Positions 26,108-33,948 of a stretch of 64,000 nucleotides of DNA are shown in pieces. The stretch comes from a virus. Lineage: Duplodnaviria > Heunggongvirae > Uroviricota > Caudoviricetes. The DNA is taken from positions 1 through 64,000 of IMG/VR virus record IMGVR_UViG_2563366825_000011; one strand, written 5' to 3'. Below the pieces are notes generated by a model, which saw only the letters and a program-made list of their open reading frames with translations, was not told where the DNA came from and made no database searches. The translations under genes and the position numbers were made by a program. Each line of letters begins with the position of its first letter. Position 1 is the first letter of the stretch.

Positions 26108-27421
26108 TCAATCTTTTTTATCGGGATCAGGCTTCTTTTTAGGTAACTTCGGGGGCTTAACTTGCTGATGACTTTGCGTTCGGCGCGTAAGCCAGGGATG
26201 GTCAGCTTTAGGTTTAACATAGTATTTTGAGCGTAAATCAATACGGGCATTATCCACTCGTTCATGGACACTCTTTTCATCATCCAGTGGTATAGGCTCC
26301 GGGCCATCAACATACTTTTCCCAGCCCAGCGCTTTCCCGTCATACAGAACGTTAATTTCACCGTCAAAGTTCTCGCATACAGTAACAACCGAATGCCTAA
26401 GTCGATATCCCCGGCCCTCACTGCGTACCTGAAACGCACTGCTTTTGTACTGGAAAGTGAGATTTTTAGACAGAACGCGCTTCGCCTGTAGGCTGAAGAT
26501 ATAACCCAGTTCCTCTTCAGAATGGTGCACATCAAGATGAGCATTATCAGTAGTACGAGGCGACGTAGCGAACCGGTTGTTATAGGCTTCAATAAAGGTC
26601 GGCAACCATGCATTTGCTGTTTCAATATCACTGATATTCTGAAGCCGCATTTCTTTGACCAGCCTGTCCTGTAGTGTCTGATTGGCGCGCTCTACCCGCC
26701 CTTTTGCCTGCGGGCTGTTGGCATGGATTGGCTCGATGCCCAGTGTCTTTATCGCACGAGTGAACTGGGTCAGCTCACCTTCCCGCTCTGGGTTATTTAC
26801 CCTGAATATACTGTGTCTATCAGAGTAGAGAGCGAGCGGTACGCCATGATCATTAAGGTAACCCCGGAGGGTTTCCATGTAAGCCCGGGTTGTTTCAGCA
26901 GGCACAAAACGCAACGCCATCAACGCACTGGTGGCATCATCAATGAAAACGATCAGTGTACATCTGGGGCCTCGATTTTCAAACCAGTCATGAGGTGAGC
27001 CATCAATCTGGATCAGTTCACCGTAAGATGGTCGTCGCATGCGGCGTTGATATATACGGGCAATTTTACGACGGCGTTCACGCCATAACCCCTCTTCTAT
27101 CATCCACTTTCTGAGAGTTTCAACGGATAAAGATAAACCGTGTATCTCGCGCAATTTTTCGCACGCAAACGTAGGTCCAAAATCAGCGTAACGGCCTTTG
27201 AGGAGTGAAATTACTGTTGCTCTGAATTCAGTAGAAAAGGAATTATTAGGACGCTTTCCACGTCGGTGGGAAACCAGACCAGAAGGCCCTTCATTTCTAT
27301 ACCGTTGCACCAGACGTTTAACCTGCCGAATAGAAATGCCAATGCGTGCCGCAGCTTGTTCCTGAATAATCTGAAGTCGGTGGAGTTCCTTATGACTCAT
27401 CGTAACAGTCTCTTTGATCAT
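26108..27421 (-). CDS. DDE transposase with integrase catalytic core (rve); IS481/ISNCY-like IS, element ends not resolved
   Basis: 437-aa ORF with N-terminal HTH and rve-like core; interrupts the prophage early region; terminal repeats could not be assigned by eye. Confidence 0.65.
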   Translation of the reverse strand: MIKETVTMSHKELHRLQIIQEQAAARIGISIRQVKRLVQRYRNEGPSGLVSHRRGKRPNNSFSTEFRATVISLLKGRYADFGPTFACEKLREIHGLSLSVETLRKWMIEEGLWRERRRKIARIYQRRMRRPSYGELIQIDGSPHDWFENRGPRCTLIVFIDDATSALMALRFVPAETTRAYMETLRGYLNDHGVPLALYSDRHSIFRVNNPEREGELTQFTRAIKTLGIEPIHANSPQAKGRVERANQTLQDRLVKEMRLQNISDIETANAWLPTFIEAYNNRFATSPRTTDNAHLDVHHSEEELGYIFSLQAKRVLSKNLTFQYKSSAFQVRSEGRGYRLRHSVVTVCENFDGEINVLYDGKALGWEKYVDGPEPIPLDDEKSVHERVDNARIDLRSKYYVKPKADHPWLTRRTQSHQQVKPPKLPKKKPDPDKKD

Positions 27422-29087
27422 GAAAAATCCCCCAGAGAATTGTCTGGGGACATTTTAGAATGGTTCAAAGGGGACATTACAGCTTGGTGTTAACAATAGC
27501 CTGCTTCTCCGTGCCTTTCGGCACGTAAGAGGCTAACCTACATGTGTCTAGCATGAAATTGGCCTCAGATTAATGTTAAGCGTCTTGCAGGACGCGTAAT
27601 GTTAACTGGGGCTTTTCTCTATCTGCCGTTGGTGTCCATGCCCGAGGCAGATAGCCTCAAGCACCCGCAGTCATTCTACTTAACTAAGATTTCCCCGCAA
27701 ACCGTTTTTGTCCAGCACAGTAAATATCCAACTAAACCAATGGAGTTCGCTGTATTTACCGCCAGTATTCAATGCACATGACCGCCATGAACACCCCTAA
27801 AAAAAGGGCATTTATATATCCAAATATTAATATCAAAACATCAACTTTTTCCATATACCTTGCTGTGAAGATGATGGGCATACATGATGCGAACAACCAG
27901 AACGCAACAAACAAAAACTGCAATGCGTTTTTCATTATTCCTCCTACAATCAATGTGCAATTACATTTAAACACACCTCAATTTGGCCGGACATATAAAT
28001 ATCTAAACCAGAAAAAATCACTTACATAGCGTTACAAACTCTTTAGTCTAAAGGTTCATCGTAAAACATTCCCCATACTTATCAGTCCGTTCCGCGCCAG
28101 GTAGCTCATTGCCTTATCTGGCAACCTGTAATCAGGTTTCCGCTTTTTCAGTTGGCTGGTCGTTTAACCGACATAGTTAATCCATTAATCTAGTTGCCGG
28201 ATGTTGGTGGATTTTCGCGTTTTAGTTGTTCATAAAAGTGCACAGCTTTAACCAGTTCTTCTGATGTAACTGGGACTGGTGAGGCAGTGAATAAGGCCTG
28301 AATTTGATAGTTCGGCCTGTCGTTACAATCCTCTTTTTTCGGTACATATTTCCAGTCACCAGACCACTACTTCCCCTGAAAGTCCGTAACGCCTTTTTTC
28401 ACGTAGCGATATCGCCATGCCACTGGTTTTGCTTGCCCCGCCGTTTCATGCCCTTCCTGATAATTAATCTCGCTCATTCATCGCCCCACTCATCACAATA
28501 TGCTTCGACCGGAGTTTTTCCCGCTTCATAGTCATCACGCTAGGATTCGACATCAGCAGCACTTCCACCGCGTAACTCACCATAGTCCATTAATAGTTCA
28601 TCCCGCTCTTCAAAACTGATGTTATATTTAGCTGAACAAAAATCAGCCACTTTGTTCTTCCTCATCGTCTTTTATTTCGTGGTATGAGTAATTGCAGTAG
28701 TTAAAGAAAATTTCTTATGCTCCGTCATGAATTTCCTCAGGTGTTGCGTCATCGTCCACTTCGAATACATCCTCAAAATCTCCACCAGCTATTCCCGTTT
28801 CAATAATAATTTTGAACTTTCGCATTTCACTACCGCCCTTTCGGGCTGCCTCCTGATGTTCTGAGGGTGCAGAAATCCATCCGGTTAAGGATTAAATTTT
28901 ATTTACAGAACTGAATTTAATTATTCAGATATACGTATCTGTAGCCTTACGAATCTACTCACTGGATGCCTCTTTCATAAAAATAATCCAGTGGGTTTTA
29001 TCGTTTTTTCCCTGTTCGTTGACAGATAACAGGTTTTCTGTCTGTCAGTGCCAGAATCTGGCTTACCGGTATTTGCGTTTCATTCCA

Positions 29088-29444
29088 TTAAAAAATCAGA
29101 ACGCCGTGCGGCCTCAACACCCGAAAAGCTTCTTTAAATCTCTGTCGCGAATCATCACGCCAGGCATCTTTATTCAGCCGTCCATATTTCTTTCCCATCC
29201 AGGCGTTATCACCAACACTCTCAAGATGCGGAGGGTCTAATACAACCATCGAAAAAGATGCGTCTGCAAATGATAATGCACGAAAATCTGCGATAATGTC
29301 AGGGCTGATAATCAAGCGTCTCCCATTGCGTAATGTGTATCCTTCTTTTCTGATATCGCTGAATATCGCCCGTTCGTCAGACTTATCGAACCAGAACATG
29401 CGGCTGCCACAGCACATATCAAGAATGGTTGCCGGTGCACTCAC
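29088..29444 (-). pseudogene. DNA N6-adenine/N4-cytosine methyltransferase fragment (probably truncated)
   Basis: 118-aa ORF with an SAM-binding-like segment and DPPH motif (cf. DPPY/DPPH of amino-methyltransferases); too short for a complete MTase and followed by ~1.6 kb without ORFs. Confidence 0.5.
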
Positions 29445-29863
29445 TGCGCCACGTCCTGAAAATTACCCTGATAGAAAGCCAGTATGCGCTGCATAACTTC
29501 GCTCTTCCGGCACTCGCGACAGATTATGTTTAGGCGACTGTCGTAGCGACGTATTTCTCCGTCAGGTGATGACCAGATAAGGTCCGGATCAACCACAGCA
29601 GGTTTCTTCACCTTTGCCCTCGAGAGTTTTTTGCGGGCGTTTTGCCAGTCCTTACGCGCCTGTTCAGAGGGGAATAACCCGTAGCCGGAGTTGTATACAT
29701 CGCCACTGGCTACCAGCTCTCTGGCAAGAACGCTCATCAGATATCTAGTCGCACCTGTTTTAGCTTCCAGTTGCCGTAACGTCTCACGGCCGCTCTGGCG
29801 CACGAGTTCCACCACCTGCCATTTAATTTTTTCCCGCTCTTCTTGTGTAAAAACTTTTGCCAC
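29441..29863 (-). CDS. Hypothetical prophage early-region protein
   Basis: 140-aa ORF translationally coupled to the upstream replication-like gene and the downstream MTase fragment. Confidence 0.4.
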   Translation of the reverse strand: MAKVFTQEEREKIKWQVVELVRQSGRETLRQLEAKTGATRYLMSVLARELVASGDVYNSGYGLFPSEQARKDWQNARKKLSRAKVKKPAVVDPDLIWSSPDGEIRRYDSRLNIICRECRKSEVMQRILAFYQGNFQDVAQ

Positions 29864-29903
29864 AAGTCCCCCTTAAAATTACCTCATGACCTGAAATCAA
29901 CAC

Positions 29904-30923
29904 TTATCCTCTGAAACCAGGCGGAATTTCTGTATCCGGTTCAGAAATATGATTAACACAACGCTGTACAGGTGAACGTCCCAGGCGGATGACCAGTTCG
30001 TCCCATTTTTCGCGGAGCTTTGACGGGCTCATGATGTTTTTTACCCAGAATGGATCTCGCTGAACCCGACCAAACATTTCGCAAATTTGTCTGTGGCTTC
30101 TGCCATCCAGCATCCGCATTGTGCGCACGTCATTGGCCCAGGCAGTCCAGTTAGGCTCTTTTGGTCGCATGATCTCGCCATCATCACTGGCTGCCTGTTC
30201 GTAGAGACCCACGATCCGCCCCCAGATCCACTGCGCACACGCCAAATCCTCCCTGCTACCCCACTGGCGTTTTTTCGCACTAAACACAACCGCGTCGGAG
30301 TTCCGGGTTAAAAAATCCTGTTCAGTCGTCTGCGGGTCCGGTTGCGAAGCTTCCGGACGAAAAGTGTTTTTATTCTCTGTAGTAATCTCTGTTGTATTCT
30401 CTGTAAGATCATCAGGCCATTTTGACCCGATGACATTGGGTCGTTTTGAACCAATGGAGCGTTTCATTTTGACCTCTTCCATCGTGTCATTTTGACCTGA
30501 TGGAGCGGCGCATTTTGAACCGATGGATTCGCTCAATTTGCCACCATCTAAAAGCTCGCTCCCATAGTTGATCGTGTAGAAATTGGTCATATCGCGCTTT
30601 GATTTATTGAGCTTTTCACAACGCAAAAGCCCCAGCGTTTTCAGACTTGCAAACGCGCGCTTTAACGTTGACTCTGACCAGAATGGGAACTGTTCCAGCC
30701 ATTGTTCCGTTGTGTTATAAATCCAGCGAACACCATCACATTCCATGCCGGAGTTGGTATCTCTCAACCAGTAGTGCAGTTGTTGCAAAACAATGGCTTC
30801 GTTTAAGCCAATTTTCATTGCCAGCTGCGTGTTTATAACCAGTGGGCGTTCAGCAAAAAGAAGGCTCATAATTCCATCCAGCTTTTTGTTGGTATTGCTG
30901 TCGATACGCAAGTTTGAAAGCAA
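29904..30923 (-). CDS. Putative phage replication initiation protein
   Basis: 339-aa ORF in the O/P position of the rightward early operon; N-terminal HTH-like segment; assignment by position and composition only. Confidence 0.4.
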   Translation of the reverse strand: MLSNLRIDSNTNKKLDGIMSLLFAERPLVINTQLAMKIGLNEAIVLQQLHYWLRDTNSGMECDGVRWIYNTTEQWLEQFPFWSESTLKRAFASLKTLGLLRCEKLNKSKRDMTNFYTINYGSELLDGGKLSESIGSKCAAPSGQNDTMEEVKMKRSIGSKRPNVIGSKWPDDLTENTTEITTENKNTFRPEASQPDPQTTEQDFLTRNSDAVVFSAKKRQWGSREDLACAQWIWGRIVGLYEQAASDDGEIMRPKEPNWTAWANDVRTMRMLDGRSHRQICEMFGRVQRDPFWVKNIMSPSKLREKWDELVIRLGRSPVQRCVNHISEPDTEIPPGFRG

Positions 30924-31371
30924 TTGCTTTTTCTATAAGTTCGTCAGTTTCACGATCCACTACGGCAGGATCAGCAAAAAGCAGTCCGGACTCCACCACA
31001 TCGCCATATTCTTTGTTTAACCCGGCGATCATGCACGTGATGCTTTTTCCGTCAGTAATTTCACGATACAACCTGAAATCATTAATCCGGATAGCCTCCA
31101 TAATTGCAGGCACTAGCGCCGTGAACTTTTCACGCTTATCCCTGGTGTCGATAGCCTTCCAGCGTTCAAATATCTTCACTCGATTAACGCCAAGCGCTCG
31201 CTGATCAATCGCGCCACCTTCATATGTGACACGCTGAACATCGATGTTCGGGCGCTCTTTCAAAGCCCAGAATGCTTCAGTGATTAATATCGTCGCCTGC
31301 TCCTGTGTCATTCCTGGTCGACATATCCAGGCATCCAGAGCCTCACGAGCCTGTTCAGGAGTGATTTTCAT
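30850..31371 (-). CDS. Hypothetical early protein downstream of the cro-like gene (cII/YdaT position)
   Basis: 173-aa ORF; function not recognisable from sequence. Confidence 0.4.
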   Translation of the reverse strand: MKITPEQAREALDAWICRPGMTQEQATILITEAFWALKERPNIDVQRVTYEGGAIDQRALGVNRVKIFERWKAIDTRDKREKFTALVPAIMEAIRINDFRLYREITDGKSITCMIAGLNKEYGDVVESGLLFADPAVVDRETDELIEKAIAFKLAYRQQYQQKAGWNYEPSFC

Positions 31372-31582
31372 TGTTCAACCGCCCCGCCCGCTTCGTCTTA
31401 CGATATTCGTCATAAACCTTGGGATCATACAGAAGCTCGCCGCCAGATGCCTCCTGTAGACGCATCGCGCGACCTTCAGGAACCAGCTCTTGCCATTGAG
31501 AAACAGCAGATGGGTCAACGCCAGCAGCTTTCGCTACTTTGGCTTTCGTACCGTAAAAATTAATTACGTCTGATTTAAACAT
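31355..31582 (-). CDS. dicC: Cro-like repressor DicC
   Basis: MFKSDVINFYGTKAKVAKAAGVDPSAVSQWQELVPEGRAMRLQEASGGELLYDPKVYDEYRKTKRAGRLNNENHS, 75 aa; divergent from dicA. Confidence 0.75.
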   Translation of the reverse strand: MFKSDVINFYGTKAKVAKAAGVDPSAVSQWQELVPEGRAMRLQEASGGELLYDPKVYDEYRKTKRAGRLNNENHS

Positions 31583-31594
31583 CGCACCTCCAAT

Positions 31595-31610
31595 ATTGAG
31601 TTTTCTCAAT
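31595..31610. promoter_or_regulatory. Operator-like perfect palindrome ATTGAGTTTTCTCAAT in the dicC-dicA divergent intergenic region
   Basis: 16-bp inverted repeat between the divergent repressor genes; 13-mer TTGAGTTTTCTCA recurs at 32132-32144. Confidence 0.5.
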
Positions 31611-31659
31611 GCTAATCACTCAAGGAATCTCAAGTCAAGGGTTATTAAGATATCTAAAT

Positions 31660-32067
31660 ATGAACGAGAAAACTTTAGGTCAACGCATTAGAGAAAGACG
31701 TAAGCAGGTAGGCTTAAGTCAAAACGGTTTAAGCAAAGCTGCTGGCGTATCTGGCTCATCAATTTCATTATGGGAAAGTGACCATACAGCCCCGCGCGGG
31801 CAAAATTTGCATCGCCTCGCCGAGGTATTGCAATGTTCACCAACTTGGATACTGTTTGGCGACGAGGACAAAACACCAGCTCCCCCTGTTTCACTCGATA
31901 GTGCCTTAGACTTATCGGAAGATGAGTTAGAGATGCTGCGTTTGTATCGCGCACTTCCTAAATCAGAGCAACAAGCACAACTCAGCGAACTCCGCGCCCG
32001 CGTTGAGAATTTTAATCGCCTGTTCACCGAGCTATTAGAGGCTCGCAAACGCAACAAGCATCAATAA
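31660..32067 (+). CDS. dicA: cI-like HTH (XRE family) repressor DicA
   Basis: MNEKTLGQRIRERRKQVGLSQNGLSKAAGVSGSSISLWESDHTAPRGQNLHRLAEVLQCSPTWILFGDEDK..., 135 aa, DicA-like. Confidence 0.85.
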   Translation: MNEKTLGQRIRERRKQVGLSQNGLSKAAGVSGSSISLWESDHTAPRGQNLHRLAEVLQCSPTWILFGDEDKTPAPPVSLDSALDLSEDELEMLRLYRALPKSEQQAQLSELRARVENFNRLFTELLEARKRNKHQ

Positions 32068-32131
32068 TCATCCCTTCACAAAATTTTAAAGCCTTACATT
32101 TCAATGTATTGGCTTTATCTTGCGCCAATAC

Positions 32132-32183
32132 TTGAGTTTTCTCATCAAAAAACCTTGACGAAAAATAATGAGAAAACTAAATT
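32132..32183 (+). promoter_or_regulatory. Second operator copy (TTGAGTTTTCTCA) plus putative pL-like promoter (-35 TTGACG 32155-32160, -10 TAAATT 32178-32183) for the ydfA-dicF-dicB operon
   Basis: Motif repeat immediately upstream of a sigma70-like -35/-10 pair with 17-bp spacing, preceded by hairpin TATTGGC...GCCAATA at 32107-32130. Confidence 0.4.
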
Positions 32184-32259
32184 ACCTCCATCAAGACACC
32201 GCACGGTGTTCTCAGCAAACAGTTCCGCTACCCCGGCGTTAAGGGGAAATGAGGTCAGC

Positions 32260-32415
32260 ATGGATACTATCGATCTTGGCAACAGCGAATCTCTGGTATG
32301 TGGCGTGTTCCCCAACCAGGACGACACGTTCACCGCGATGACGTATACCAAAAGCAAAACGTTTAAAACCGAAAATGGTGCCCGTCGCTGGCTGGAAAGA
32401 AACTCAGGTGAGTGA
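32260..32415 (+). CDS. ydfA: Small prophage protein YdfA
   Basis: MDTIDLGNSESLVCGVFPNQDDTFTAMTYTKSKTFKTENGARRWLERNSGE, 51 aa. Confidence 0.8.
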   Translation: MDTIDLGNSESLVCGVFPNQDDTFTAMTYTKSKTFKTENGARRWLERNSGE

Positions 32416-32416
32416 T

Positions 32417-32992
32417 ATGGATTTCGACACAATCATGGAAAAGGCTTACGAAGAATACTTCGAAGGCCTTGCCGAAGGCGAAGAAGCTCTCAGCTTCAGT
32501 GAGTTTAAACAGGCACTCAGAATAAGAATGTGCTCTCACAATGACGCGGAGCACAAATATGAGAAGCAAAATCAGACCGCAGAAAATTTTGTTCTGGAAC
32601 CCGGAGAAACGCTTTTCAAAATTCCCGTTACGTGCCCCATTTGCGGTTTTACATCAGAAGAACTTGACGACTCCTGTAACAATCAGGAAACAACCAAGTA
32701 TGTCGAAGATGATACCGAGTGCGCACGAAGAACGATTATATCCACGAGTCCAAACTCCAGGACCAATAAATCTCACTATGAGAGGGTGATTAATCCACTC
32801 CCCCAAACCAATAAAAAAGATGCCGGAGGACAAAAAACCCAATGGAACAACGGGATATCTGTCAAAAAAAGACGTTCCATTAAAGACAAACAACGCAGCG
32901 CCAACAACTGTAAGCGCTTTATACCAGTAATCAATTTTCATGTTCTTAAGCGGATTTATTGGTGGTTGCGACATTGCTTAATGAATCCTTAA
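32417..32992 (+). CDS. YdfB/YdfC-region protein with zinc-ribbon-like CxxC pair
   Basis: ORF beginning MDFDTIMEKAYEEYFEGLAEGEE... (YdfB-like N-terminus) continuing for ~190 aa. Confidence 0.45.
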   Translation: MDFDTIMEKAYEEYFEGLAEGEEALSFSEFKQALRIRMCSHNDAEHKYEKQNQTAENFVLEPGETLFKIPVTCPICGFTSEELDDSCNNQETTKYVEDDTECARRTIISTSPNSRTNKSHYERVINPLPQTNKKDAGGQKTQWNNGISVKKRRSIKDKQRSANNCKRFIPVINFHVLKRIYWWLRHCLMNP

Positions 32993-33251
32993 AACTGTGG
33001 TGATTTTAAGGATACCACCTCGCCTGACGTGGTTAAAAGCAGGCACACAACACGAAAGCGCACGGCGAAGTTCGTCTCACTGTACGGTGTCGTTAAATTT
33101 AATTCGACCGTGCGCTTCCGGTTGTGGCAACCCGCAAAATGGCGCGGCGGTAAGTATGGCGGGGTTATTCCTTCCCCGTTGAGGACACCGGGTTGTCAGG
33201 TTGACCATACGCTTAAGTGACAACCCCGCTGCAACGCCCTCTGTTATCAAT

Positions 33252-33304
33252 TTTCTGGTGACGTTTGGCGGTATCAGTTTTACTCCGTGACTGCTCTGCC
33301 GCCC
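33252..33304 (+). ncRNA. dicF: DicF small regulatory RNA (antisense inhibitor of ftsZ translation)
   Basis: TTTCTGGTGACGTTTGGCGGTATCAGTTTTACTCCGTGACTGCTCTGCCGCCC followed by TTTTT; matches the 53-nt DicF as recalled, with intrinsic terminator. Confidence 0.85.
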
Positions 33305-33478
33305 TTTTTAAAGTGAATTTTGTGATGCGGTGAATACGGCTAAGCGCACGCGGAACAGTTAAAACCAAAAACAGTGTTATGGGTGGATTCTCTGTATCCG
33401 ACGTTAATTGTTAACTGGTTAACGTCACCTGGAGGCACCAGGCACTGCATCACAAAATTCATTGTTGAGGACGCGATA

Positions 33479-33667
33479 ATGAAAACGTTATTACCAAACG
33501 TTAATACGTCTGAAGGTTGTTTTGAAATTGGTGTCACTATCAGTAACCCTGTATTTACTGAAGATGCCATTAACAAGAGAAAACAAGAACGGGAGCTATT
33601 AAATAAAATATGCATTGTTTCAATGCTGGCTCGTTTACGTCTGATGCCAAAAGGATGTGCACAATGA
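33479..33667 (+). CDS. dicB: Cell division inhibitor DicB
   Basis: MKTLLPNVNTSEGCFEIGVTISNPVFTEDAINKRKQERELLNKICIVSMLARLRLMPKGCAQ, 62 aa. Confidence 0.85.
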   Translation: MKTLLPNVNTSEGCFEIGVTISNPVFTEDAINKRKQERELLNKICIVSMLARLRLMPKGCAQ

Positions 33668-33855
33668 ATTCAGCATTTGCGCTTGTTCTGACAGTTTTTC
33701 TTGTTTCCGGAGTGCCAGTTGATATTGCAGTCAGTGTTCACAGGACAATGCAGGAGTGTATGACTGCAGCAACCGAACAGAAAATTCCCGGTAACTGTTA
33801 CCCGGTCGATAAAGTTATTCACCAGGATAATATCGAAATCCCGGCAGGTCTTTAA
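33664..33855 (+). CDS. ydfD: YdfD small membrane lysis protein
   Basis: MNSAFALVLTVFLVSGVPVDIAVSVHRTMQECMTAATEQKIPGNCYPVDKVIHQDNIEIPAGL, 63 aa; overlaps the dicB stop. Confidence 0.8.
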   Translation: MNSAFALVLTVFLVSGVPVDIAVSVHRTMQECMTAATEQKIPGNCYPVDKVIHQDNIEIPAGL

Positions 33856-33948
33856 AACAGTTCCGTAATAAATATCCGGTTTCATTCTTATATGCCAGCA
33901 ATGGCAGGGATTTGTTCATCCTTAAATCTGTCATGAGGTTAAAACAAA

